Shown here: positions 1 to 9,577 of the stretch, one piece after another
Layout of the letters: each line of letters begins with the position of its first letter
Position numbering within the stretch: position 1 is the stretch's first letter
NCBI GenBank assembly: GCA_965242695.1
Contig: CBDESU010000001.1
Location: forward strand, 1,600,001 to 1,664,000
DNA: 64,000 nt
Reading direction: 5' to 3'
From: Cenarchaeum sp.
Lineage (GTDB): Archaea; Thermoproteota; Nitrososphaeria; Nitrososphaerales; Nitrosopumilaceae
Notes under the pieces: generated by a model
What the model was told of the DNA's origin: nothing
Databases searched by the model: none
Seen by the model: the letters and a program-made list of their open reading frames with translations, nothing else
Program-made: the position numbers and the translations under genes

Positions 1-206
1 GTCCAGAACGGCAGGCGGCGCCGGCTGCGGTTCCACGGCATCGGTAGGTGCTCGGCCGGCCCGCGCGGCCCTGCCGGCCGCAGGGCCGGCTCTTCAAGGC
101 ATTCCCCGGACGCCGGCGCCTCCATGATGCGCCCCGCGCGGCATGCCCTGGCCGCGCGGCGGGCGCCGTCGGCCGATGCCGGCCGCAGGCTGCGCGCGGC
201 CCCAGG

Positions 207-1259
207 CTATGCCGACCTTGCCCGGAACTCGCGGATGCCGAATATCTGGAAGGGAAACTGCGTGACCGTCCGCTCGAGCGCCTCGCGCATCCGCCTCTTT
301 CGCTCCTCTGCCGAGAGGCCCTCTAGGGGGCACATGCCGACGAGCGGCGTATTCTCGATCGGCACGAGCCGCCCGTCGCCGCACTCGTGCTCGGGCGCGC
401 ACCCGACGCAGTACATGTAGTCCCTGCTGTTCTCGATGCACGTGCAGCACGCCTTTGTCGCATCCTCGGCGTGGCACGAGCTGCACTCGTACTCTACGGG
501 ATCGTTGCGCGCAAGGAGCCCGATCGGAGAGTCCATCCCGGCGCTGCTCGCCTCGGCGTACGCCGTGATCTTGATCTCCAGCCGCTCGACAGAGTCGAAC
601 GTGTACCAAAAGCTCGACTTGTGCTGTATGATGTCGCGCAGCGGGACGCTCATGGGGCGCGACTCGTCGAGCCCCCTGCGCATCATCTGGTACAGCATGT
701 AGCGCGGATCGTCGTCGTCGTCGTCGTCGTCGTACCCGTAGTCCTCGTCGTCGTCGTCCTCGTCGTCGTCCTCGTCGTACTCGTCGCCGTCCCCGCCGTC
801 GGTGTCGGAAAAGACCTCGCCGCGCACGATGAAGCGGCTCTGGTGCTCGGGACAGCATACGGCCCACGCCTCGCGGAGCAGCTCGTCAAGGTCGGACAGG
901 GTCGCCATTATATGCGCCCGCAGGAACATCCAGTAGTCGGGCCGGTTCGGGTCGGTCAGCTTTAGGATCAGCGCATCCCGGTTCGGCGGGGCCGGCGGCG
1001 TGGCATCTTCCTCCTCCTCGTCCACCGCCAGCCCGCCGGCGCCCTTTTTTCGGGACCCCTTGCCCTTGCCCTTCCCCTTGGGCTTGGCCTTGGCCTTGGG
1101 CTTTGCCTTCTTGGCCGGCTTTTCCGGGCCGGCGGTGATCTTCATGTCTATGTGCTTCTTGAGGTGGGTGCCCATCCTGGCGCCGTCTACCTTTTCGTCG
1201 CACCACGCGCAGCGCCCGTCGGACAACGCGCGGCGGCCCGATCCGCCACTATAATACAA
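207..1259 (-). CDS. pRiA4b ORF3-like / Zn-binding hypothetical protein with Lys-rich and acidic tracts
   Basis: N-terminal CxxC..H..H; core YWMFL..ATLSDLDELLREAW.CC.H resembles pRiA4b ORF3-like proteins; C-terminal CxxC clusters ending ENTPLVGMC; TTG start. Confidence 0.55.
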   Translation of the reverse strand: MYYSGGSGRRALSDGRCAWCDEKVDGARMGTHLKKHIDMKITAGPEKPAKKAKPKAKAKPKGKGKGKGSRKKGAGGLAVDEEEEDATPPAPPNRDALILKLTDPNRPDYWMFLRAHIMATLSDLDELLREAWAVCCPEHQSRFIVRGEVFSDTDGGDGDEYDEDDDEDDDDEDYGYDDDDDDDDPRYMLYQMMRRGLDESRPMSVPLRDIIQHKSSFWYTFDSVERLEIKITAYAEASSAGMDSPIGLLARNDPVEYECSSCHAEDATKACCTCIENSRDYMYCVGCAPEHECGDGRLVPIENTPLVGMCPLEGLSAEERKRRMREALERTVTQFPFQIFGIREFRARSA

Positions 1260-1318
1260 TGCGGTTTGCCCGGGGCCGCAGACCGGCGCGCCGCCGGCGC
1301 CGCCCGCCCCCTGCGGGC

Positions 1319-1696
1319 CTAGGCGCCCGACGCCATCGACTTTATCGCGTTGACCAGGTCGATCTTGGCCTTTAGGGGCATCTCTGGCTCTACCGTCACG
1401 AATATGGTGTACCGGCTCGTGTACACGACCAGCTGCGAGACCTTTTCGCGCTCGACATGGACGTAGCGCACCTTGCCGAGCGTGCGGTCAAACTCCTTGC
1501 GCATCTGGCGGCGCTGCGCGACCTGGCGGCAAAAGTGCTCTTCCTCCTTTTGCGACTCGAGCGAGGCCTTGCCCTTTTTCATAATCCCCTCTACGATGTC
1601 GCCCTTTGGGTTGATGATGGCCACAAAGCGCATCTTTGGGCTCCGCTCGATGATCTTCTCGGCCATCTTGAGCAGTGCCGCCTTTCCCGCCGCCAC
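1319..1696 (-). CDS. DUF6659-like thaumarchaeal small protein
   Basis: MRFVAII..G...R.EFD.TLG.V pattern shared with paralogs at 40728 and 45511. Confidence 0.65.
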   Translation of the reverse strand: MAAGKAALLKMAEKIIERSPKMRFVAIINPKGDIVEGIMKKGKASLESQKEEEHFCRQVAQRRQMRKEFDRTLGKVRYVHVEREKVSQLVVYTSRYTIFVTVEPEMPLKAKIDLVNAIKSMASGA

Positions 1697-1729
1697 GCGG
1701 GGCGCGCCCCGCGCGCAGGTTATAACCCT

Positions 1730-2146
1730 TTATCGGCGCAGGCGCGGCAGCAGGCCCGCGACAAGCCCCGCGTACTCGTCGTCCGAGAACATGGTGACCG
1801 CCGGCCGCTCCCTCGAGTCGGCCGACCGGACGGCGTCAAGGTGGTAGCACGAGCCGGCGCCGCCCCTGAGCAGCGCGAACCTGAACGCGGGGCACGAGCA
1901 GTAGCCGCGATCGGGGTCGACCCAGTGCTCCTCGCCCTCGCCGACGACCGTCCAGACGCGCCGGCCGCTCGGCTCGAACGCATGCATCTTTACGCCTCCG
2001 CCGTCGGCTATCCTGCCCGCCCTTGCTGCCTTGGAGGGCGCGCCTGCGCGCCGCGGCCGCGCCGTCCGCGCCGCCCGCTGCGCCTGCGGCCCCGGCGGCC
2101 CCCCGCCGGCGCGCTGCGCCGCGGCATCCGCGGTACCGGACGACAT
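1730..2146 (-). CDS. SWIM zinc-finger protein
   Basis: YCSCPAF...CYH SWIM motif; start uncertain (ATG 2146 or 1987); TATA-like tataaaa at about 2168. Confidence 0.7.
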   Translation of the reverse strand: MSSGTADAAAQRAGGGPPGPQAQRAARTARPRRAGAPSKAARAGRIADGGGVKMHAFEPSGRRVWTVVGEGEEHWVDPDRGYCSCPAFRFALLRGGAGSCYHLDAVRSADSRERPAVTMFSDDEYAGLVAGLLPRLRR

Positions 2147-2236
2147 GCGGGCGCGGGGCGGCCCCGCTATAAAAGGGGGATTCGGGCCGTGCGGGGCGTG
2201 CCGGCGGGAGGGGAAGGCGGGCGGGCCGTGGCCAGG

Positions 2237-3016
2237 ATGCTCGCCCCCCGCCCCGCCCTGCTGCTGGAGGGGAGGCGGCGGCTCTTGGCCGTGTCCGACC
2301 TGCACATCGGGCTAGAGGACGGCCTGGCCGCCAACGACATACACGTCGACCCGTCGGGTACGGCCGACGAGGCCATATCCGACATGCAGGAGGCAGTGCG
2401 CGAGGCCCGCCCCGACGCGCTCGTCATTCTCGGCGACGTCAGGTCGGGGACGCGCTCCATATCGGCCGCCGAGTGGGACGGCGTGCCGAGGTTTCTCGAG
2501 GCGGCCCAGAGGGCGGCCGGCTCTGTCATCCTCGTGCCCGGCAACCACGACTCGAACATTGCAAGGCTCGCCCCCGACGGGGTGTCGCTGACGAGCCCCG
2601 CCGGGACGGTCCTCGAGGGCTCGCTCCTCACGCACGGGCATGCCATGCCGTCGGACAACCTCGCGTGGGTCGGCAGGATAGTCATGGGCCACCTGCACCC
2701 CGTGTTCGCCAGCGAGGGATCGCTGCTCGACGGCGAGCGCGTGTGGGTCTCGGTCCGTACGGACAGGTCGGCCGTGTTCCCGTCGCGATCGGGCCCGCTG
2801 GAGGTCACCGTACTGCCGTCTTTCAGCAGGCACCTGCACCGGGGCGGGCGGCGCGGGCCGAGGGGGCGCAGGGGGCGGCGCGGCAGGTCGATCTCGCCGA
2901 TAATGGAGAGGATTGCGGCGGCGTGGCGGCGGGGCAGCCCGGGGGTCTCGGCCAGGATTGCGACGCTGGAGGGGGCCGTGATCGGCGACGAGTCGTCCCT
3001 CGGCTGCGTGCTGTGA
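2237..3016 (+). CDS. Calcineurin-like metallophosphoesterase
   Basis: DLHIG, LGD, GNHD, THGH, GHLHP motifs. Confidence 0.85.
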   Translation: MLAPRPALLLEGRRRLLAVSDLHIGLEDGLAANDIHVDPSGTADEAISDMQEAVREARPDALVILGDVRSGTRSISAAEWDGVPRFLEAAQRAAGSVILVPGNHDSNIARLAPDGVSLTSPAGTVLEGSLLTHGHAMPSDNLAWVGRIVMGHLHPVFASEGSLLDGERVWVSVRTDRSAVFPSRSGPLEVTVLPSFSRHLHRGGRRGPRGRRGRRGRSISPIMERIAAAWRRGSPGVSARIATLEGAVIGDESSLGCVL

Positions 3017-3097
3017 CTGACATCTGATGCCGGGCGGCTCGCGTGCGCGCGATGCAGAGGCGCCGGCGGCCCGGCCGCAGGGGCGGGCGCGGGCGGG

Positions 3098-3475
3098 ACG
3101 GCGATCGCATCTTCGCGGCAGTGTGCGGGCGGAACTCGGCGGAGGACGGGGCGACGTGCAGGACCGTACGGCGATCGCATCTTCGCGGCAGTGCGCGGGC
3201 GGAACTCGGCGGAGGACGGGGCGACGTGCAGGACCGTACGGCGATCGCATCTTCGCGGCAGTGTGCGGGCGGAACTCGGCGGAGGACGGGGCGACGTGCA
3301 GGACCGTACGGCGATCGCATCTTCGCGGCAGTGTGCGGGCGGAACTCGGCGGAGGACGGGGCGACGTGCAGGACCGTACGGCGATCGCATCTTCGCGGCA
3401 GTGTGCGGGCGGAACTCGGCGGAGGACGGGGCGACGTGCAGGACCGTACGGCGATCGCATCTTCGCGGCAGTGCG
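3098..3475. repeat. Intergenic tandem repeat, 70-bp unit x ~5.3
   Basis: Units start at 3101, 3171, 3241, 3311, 3381 and 3451 (gcgatcgcatcttcgcggcagtg...); one T/C variant position. Confidence 0.97.
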
Positions 3476-3492
3476 CCGCTGCCGGCCCGCCG

Positions 3493-6400
3493 TCAGGTCT
3501 GGGCGGGCGCCGAGGCGGCATCGTCGGGCGGCGCAGGCGGCTGCGCCGGCCGCGGGGCCGGATCGCCGCCTGCGCTGTCCCGGTACGGCTCGATCGGCAG
3601 CCGCGTCGTCTCGTTGCCGCGCAGCCACTCTAGCGTGCGCGCGAACGACTCGGCCAGCTCGGGAGTCGTGAGGACCGGCACGCCGAGCTCGAGCGCCTTG
3701 CGCCGTATCTGGTACTCGTCGTAGAGCATGCCGACGTACTTTTCGAGCGTAGAGGTGCTCGGCACGTTTACGATAAAGTCGATCTCGCGGCCGTGCAGCA
3801 GGTCGGCGATGTTCGGCTTGCGGTCCGGCTCGCTGATCTTGTGGACTATGCGCACGCCGGGTATCTTTTCGCGCAAAAACTCGGCCGTATGCTCGGTCGC
3901 AAGTATGCCAAAGCCGAGCGAGTCGAGGAGGGCGACGGTCGGCAGGAGCCGCTCCTTGTTCTCGGTGCCGCCTATGGTCACGAGCGCCGTGCCAGACCGC
4001 GGCAGGCTGTACCCGACCGACGTGAGCCCCTTTGAGAGGGCGTCGTAAAAGCTCGTCCCAAAGCATGCGGCCTCGCCGGTCGACTGCATCTCGACGCCGA
4101 GGACCATGTCGGCCCCGTCGAGCTGCATGAACGAGAACTGCGGCACCTTTATGCCGTAGGTCGGGATGCGCCGCCAGTGGTCGTCGGGCACGGGCGGCAG
4201 GGCCTCGCCGAGGACGGCGCGGGCGGCAAGGTAGATCAGGTTGGTGCGGACGAGCTTTGAGACGAACGGCATCGAGCGCGATGCGCGTATGTTCAGCTCT
4301 ATGACGTACGGCTGCCCGTCGAGGACCAGAAACTGGAGGTTGAACGGCCCGCGCACGCGGAACGCCGTCGCGATCCTCCTCGTATAGTCGGATATGGTGT
4401 CGACTGCGCTGTTGCTGAGGCGCCACGGCGGTATGCACATCATCGCGTCGCCCGAGTGGACGCCGGCGCTGTCGATGTGCTCTACGATGGCGCCGATCAC
4501 GACGTTTCTTCCGTCGCAGACGCCGTCGACGTCCACCTCTAGCGCGCCGAGCATGAACTTTGATATGACGACGGGGTGGTCCGGGGACACGGACGTCGCC
4601 TGCCCGACGTACTTTTTGAGCTCGCCCGGCGACCAGACGACCTTCATCGCTGCCCCGCTGAGCACGTACGACGGCCGCACTATGACGGGGTAGCCGACGC
4701 GGCGCGCAAACTCGCGCGCGCCGGCGATGTCCGAGAACGCCTGCCACGGCGGCTGCCGTATGTGCAGCGAGTCGAGGACGGCGCTGAACTTTGAGCGGTC
4801 CTCGGCCGCATCGACGTCGGCTGGGCCCGTGCCGATGATCTCGATGCCGCTTGCGGCAAGGGCCGGCGTGAGGTTGTTTGCCACCTGCCCGCCGACGCAC
4901 GTGACGACGCCCCTCGGCGACTCGAACTCGGCGATGTCCATTATGCGCTCGTGCGTGATCTCCTCAAAGTACAGGCGGTCGCACACGTCGTAGTCGGTCG
5001 ATACGGTCTCGGGGTTGCAGTTGACGACGGCGATGCTCTTCTCGCCGCGCTCCCGCAGGCCCCACACCATGTTTACGGTGCCCCAGTCGAACTCTACGCT
5101 GCTGCCTATGCGGTACGGGCCGGCGCCGAGCACGACGATGCCGCGCCGGCCGGGGGGCGCGGACACGTCGTCCGAGGAGCCACCGTACGTCACGTACAGG
5201 TAGTTTGTGCGGGCCGGCCACTCGGCGGCTAGCGTGTCGATCTGCTTTACCGACGGTATGATCCCGGCGGCCTTGCGGGCCCGCCGCACGTCCGACTCGG
5301 CGGCGGACGCGGCGCGCGCGATCTGCGCGTCCGAAAAGCCGAGGCGCTTGGCGCGGCGCAGCGTGTCGGGAGGCGGGATGGACGGGGCGGCAGAGGGGGC
5401 CGCAGAGGCCGGCGAAGAGCCGCCCGCCGCCGACGCGGCGGCGGACGGCGCCGGGCGGCCGGCGCCGCCCCCGCCGAGCTCGACGCCCATGCGCACTATA
5501 TTGGCGATCTTTTCGACGAACCAGGGGTCGATTGCGGACAGGCCGCGTATGCGGGCCACGGGCATTCCCCTCCGCAGCGCCTCGGCCACATGGTGGAGGA
5601 TCATGTCGTCGTGGTGCGCGAGCCTGTCCTCGAGCTCCTCGTCTGACAGGCTTCCGGCGCCGCCGGCGGCATCGCGGTTCAGGACCATGCCGTCGCAGCC
5701 GATGCCGAGCATGCGGACGGCCTTTTGGAGCGACTCTTCAAACGTGCGGCCGATGGCCATGACCTCGCCGACCGACTTCATCGTCACGCCGAGCCTTCGG
5801 TTGACGCGCTCGAACTTTGCAAAGTCCCAGCGCGGGTGCTTGCAGACCACATAGTCGAGGGACGGCTCAAAGCACGCCGTCGTCGAGCGCGTAATGTTGT
5901 TGGCAAGCTCGGGCAGCGAGTGGCCGAGCCCGATCTTGGCGGACATGTACGCGAGCGGGTAGCCGGTCGCCTTGCTGGCAAGGGCCGACGAGCGCGACAG
6001 GCGCGGGTTTATCTCGATTGCGGCGTACCGGTCGGACTCTGTGTCGAGGGCGTACTGGATGTTGCACTCGCCGACGATTCCGACGTGCCGAGTGGCCCGC
6101 AGCGCGGCCGAGCGCATCGCGTGGTACTCGGAGTTGTCTATGGTCTGCGACGGGGCCACGACGATGTTGTCGCCGGTGTGCACCCTCATCGACAGCACGT
6201 TCTCCATGTTGCATACGATGACGTTGTTGCCAGCGCCGTCGCGCATCACCTCGTACTCTATCTGCTTCCAGTCGCCGACGTACTCCTCTACGAGGACCTG
6301 GCCGACGAGGCTTGCGTTTATTCCGCGCCCGACGATCTCGTGCAGCTCGATCTCGTTGTGCGCGATTCCGCCGCCCTTGCCGCCGAGAGTGTACGCCACC

Positions 6401-6928
6401 CGGACTATGACGGGATAGCCGAGCTCGGCGGCCGCCTCGCGCGCGCCGGCAAAGTCCGTCACCGTGCGGCTGCGGAGGACGGGTACGCCGCACTCTGTCA
6501 TGGAGTCCTTGAACAGCTGCCTGTCCTCGGTCCGGCGTATGCCGGACACGGGCGTGCCGAGGACGCGCACGCCGTACCGCTCGAGCGCGCCGGACTCGTC
6601 GAGGCCGACGCCGCAGTTTAGGGCCGTCTGCCCGCCGTACGCGAGCATGAGGCCGTCAGGCCGCTCGGACTCTATGATCGACTCTACGTACTCGGGCGTG
6701 ACGGGCAGCAGGTAGACGCGGTCGGCGAACCGCGTGTCCGTCTGGATGGTCGCCACGTTGGGGTTGACGAGCACGCTCTGCACGCCGTCCTCGCGTATGG
6801 CCTTGAGGCACTGGCTGCCGGAGTAGTCGAACTGGCGGCCGCCGTACGCGGCTCTCGCCGGCCTCTCCGATCTTGATGGCCCCGCTGCCTAGCACGAGCA
6901 CCTTTCCGGGCGCCTCTGCCCTAGCCAG
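3493..6928 (-). CDS. carB: Carbamoyl-phosphate synthase large subunit, split by a 22-nt putative intron at 6832-6853
   Basis: Two ATP-grasp domains and a C-terminal MGS-like domain; the N-terminal KVLVLGSGAIKIGEAGE is in a different frame from FDYSGSQCLKA; start is either CTG 6928 or GTG 6901. Confidence 0.93.
6832..6853 (-). other. Putative archaeal bulge-helix-bulge/loop (BHB/BHL) mRNA intron in carB
   Basis: RNA GGCG-AG^A-GCCGC-GUACG-GCGGC-CGCC-AG^U: 4-bp central helix, 3-nt bulge, 5-bp intron stem; removal restores GGC GAG TTC GAC (GEFD). Confidence 0.8.
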
Positions 6929-8159
6929 ACCCGGCCGCCCCCGCGGCGTGCGCGGCCCTGCCGTCGTTCATCATGAGCGCGCCGAGCCGCTCAAATATGA
7001 ACCTGCAATCGTATGGGCCCGGCGAGGCCTCGGGGTGGAACTGGACGGCGATGCAGCGGCGCGACCGGTGGCGTATGCCCTCGACGGTGCGGTCGTCCGT
7101 GTTGGAGAACCACAGGTCAAAGTCGGTCCCGCCGAGCGAGTCGGGGTCTATGCAGTAGCCGTGGTTCTGGCTAGTGACGTACACCTGGCCGTCGTCCAGG
7201 TTGAGGCACGACTTGTTCTGGCCGCGGTGGCCGTACTTTAGCTTGTACGTGCGCGCGCCGCCGGCAAGCCCGATGATCTGCGCGCCGAGGCATATGCCGA
7301 GGGTCGGCACGTCGCCGTCGATGAGCGCCCTTGCGGTCTCGATCGTGGCCGCGCAGCGCTGCGGGTCGCCCGGCCCGTTGCTAATGACGACGCCCGACGG
7401 GTCCATCGCCATGATGCGGCCTGCGGGCGTGTCCCACGGCACCCTGACGACGCCGTACCCGAGCCGGCGCACGCTGCGTATGATGGCGTTCTTTGCGCCC
7501 GTGTCGATGACGACGACGGGGCCGCGCGCGGCGGCGCCCGGGGGAGGGGGGGCATCGGCAGGGGCGGGCTGATCGGGGCGGGCAGGCGGCTGCCCGGGCG
7601 GCGAGGCCCGCACGCCGTACCGCACGTCCGAGGCCGTCGAGACCTCGCCCATAAACTCCTCAGAGTCGTAGCGCCGCGCGGCGGCGAGGCCCTCGCGGAC
7701 CGCATCCGCATCGACTTTTTCGCCCGGGGCGGCGACGGCGAGCGCGGCCATCATGACGCCGCCCTCGCGCAGCCGCTTTGTCAGGGCCCTCGTGTCGATT
7801 CCCGATATGCCGGGGACGCCGTGCCCGTGCAGCCACTCGTCGAGCGTCATCGACAGCCTCCAGTGGCTCGCCGTCAGGGACAGCTCGTGGACGACGAGGC
7901 CTCGCGCCTGTATGCGGTCCGACTCGAAGTGCCGCGGTATGCCGTCCTCGTCCCTGTCGGCGGGGTCTGGGACGCCGTAGTTTCCCACGAGGGGGTACGT
8001 GAGGGTGAGCAGCTGGCCGCGGTACGACGGGTCGGTGAGCGTCTCTGTATAGCCGACCATTCCGGTGTTGAAGACTAGCTCGCCGTGCGCGGTAGTCGGG
8101 CTTCCGAACCCCTCGCCCCCGAGGACGGTGCCGTCGTCGAGTACGAGCGCCGCGTCCAT
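6921..8159 (-). CDS. carA: Carbamoyl-phosphate synthase small subunit
   Basis: GELVFNTGMVGY, SNGPGDP, GICLG, QFHPE motifs. Confidence 0.97.
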   Translation of the reverse strand: MDAALVLDDGTVLGGEGFGSPTTAHGELVFNTGMVGYTETLTDPSYRGQLLTLTYPLVGNYGVPDPADRDEDGIPRHFESDRIQARGLVVHELSLTASHWRLSMTLDEWLHGHGVPGISGIDTRALTKRLREGGVMMAALAVAAPGEKVDADAVREGLAAARRYDSEEFMGEVSTASDVRYGVRASPPGQPPARPDQPAPADAPPPPGAAARGPVVVIDTGAKNAIIRSVRRLGYGVVRVPWDTPAGRIMAMDPSGVVISNGPGDPQRCAATIETARALIDGDVPTLGICLGAQIIGLAGGARTYKLKYGHRGQNKSCLNLDDGQVYVTSQNHGYCIDPDSLGGTDFDLWFSNTDDRTVEGIRHRSRRCIAVQFHPEASPGPYDCRFIFERLGALMMNDGRAAHAAGAAGSG

Positions 8160-8329
8160 GCCCGCGTAGCGGGCCTCTTTTGTTGGAATGTCCGACCCCC
8201 CGCCCGGCGCGCCGCCGGCGAGCTATGTATATCGTGGGGCGGCCCGGCGGCGCGATGCGGGGCTCGCCCGGGTCAAGGCCGGGCGCACTGGCAGGTTAAT
8301 AGCAGGGCGCCGCGCGCGGGTGGACGGCA

Positions 8330-9577
8330 ATGGCAGAGCAGGGGGCGCCCCCCATATACCTCGACTACAACGCGACGACGCCCGTGGACCGGCGGGTAGT
8401 CGATGCGATGCTGCCGTGGATGTCGTACAGGTTTGGCAACCCGGCTAGCGCCGGCCACGCGGCCGGGCGCGAGGCGCGGCATGCCGTCGAGGAGGCGCGC
8501 GGGCAGGTGGCTGATATGGTCGGGATGAACAGGCCCGACGTGGTCTTTACGTCCGGCGCGACAGAGGCCAACAACCTTGCCGTGCGCGGCCTGTACCCCG
8601 GCAGCGGCGACGGCGTCTCCATGCACATGCTCGCCGGCGCGACCGAGCACAAGTCCGTCCTCGAGGCGGGCCGGTCGATAGAGGAAGAATACATGAGCGG
8701 CTCGCTGTGCAGCATCGTCCCGGTCCTCGGCGACGGCACGCTCGACCTCGGCGCGCTAGAGTCGGAGATGTCCAGATGGCACGGGGAGATAGACGTCGTG
8801 TCCGTAATGGCCGCCAACAGCGAGACGGGCGTGATCCACCCCGTAAAGGAGGCGGCCGAGATCGTGCACGCCCACGGCTCGATCCTGCACTGCGATGCGA
8901 CGCAGGCGGCCGGCCGCGTGCCGTTTGATGCCGGCGCGCTCGGCGCAGACATGGTGACGATCAGCGCCCATAAAATGTACGGCCCAAAGGGGTGCGGGGC
9001 CCTCGTGGCGACCAGGGAAGCCAGGCGCCTGCTCGGGCCCATGCTGCACGGCGGCGGGCACGAGGACGGCCTGCGCAGCGGCACCCTCAACGTGCCCGGA
9101 ATAGTCGGGTTCGGGGTAGCCTGTACGATAGCCGCGGACGAGGGGCTCGCCGACGCGCCGCGCCAGGAAGGGCTGCGCGACCGGTTCGAGGAGGCGCTGG
9201 CCAAAGAGGTCCCCGACGTAGAGTTCAACGGGGCCGGCGCGCCCCGCCTGCCGAACACGTCGAATGCGAGGGTGCCCGGCGCGATGGCAGAGATGATTCT
9301 CGCCAACGTGCGGCGCGTGCAGATCGCCACCGGCAGCGCCTGCACGTCGGCGGCCGTCGAGCCGTCGCACGTGCTGCTAGCGATGGGCCTCGGCAGGGAA
9401 GAGGCAGGCGAGTGCGTGAGGGTCTCGTTTGGCAGGCCGTCGACGGAGGAGGATGCGGATGCGGCGGCGCTCGACATCGCCGCCGCCGCGGGCTTTATAC
9501 GCGGGCTGGAGGCGCGCGCCGCCGGCATGGATGCGGCGGCAATAGGAGCGGCGGCACGCGCGGAGGCCGCGTCCTGA
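8330..9577 (+). CDS. sspA: Cysteine desulfurase (SspA/DndA/IscS-like) heading the phosphorothioation operon
   Basis: YLDYNATTP, FTSGATEANN, SAHKMYGPKG (PLP Lys), GSACTS (catalytic Cys); stop overlaps the next start. Confidence 0.85.
   Translation: MAEQGAPPIYLDYNATTPVDRRVVDAMLPWMSYRFGNPASAGHAAGREARHAVEEARGQVADMVGMNRPDVVFTSGATEANNLAVRGLYPGSGDGVSMHMLAGATEHKSVLEAGRSIEEEYMSGSLCSIVPVLGDGTLDLGALESEMSRWHGEIDVVSVMAANSETGVIHPVKEAAEIVHAHGSILHCDATQAAGRVPFDAGALGADMVTISAHKMYGPKGCGALVATREARRLLGPMLHGGGHEDGLRSGTLNVPGIVGFGVACTIAADEGLADAPRQEGLRDRFEEALAKEVPDVEFNGAGAPRLPNTSNARVPGAMAEMILANVRRVQIATGSACTSAAVEPSHVLLAMGLGREEAGECVRVSFGRPSTEEDADAAALDIAAAAGFIRGLEARAAGMDAAAIGAAARAEAAS

Noticed and set aside
3098-3475. 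CRISPR array
   Set aside because: Units are identical along their whole length, with no unique spacers and no cas genes in the window.
2312-4900. Long Arg/Pro/Ala-rich alternative-frame ORFs (this 862-aa one and many similar)
   Set aside because: Shadow ORFs caused by very high GC, overlapping well-supported genes and lacking motifs.
3493-6901. carB as a simple frameshifted pseudogene
   Set aside because: The rest of the gene is intact, and the insert boundaries coincide with canonical EndA cut positions; kept only as the alternative hypothesis.
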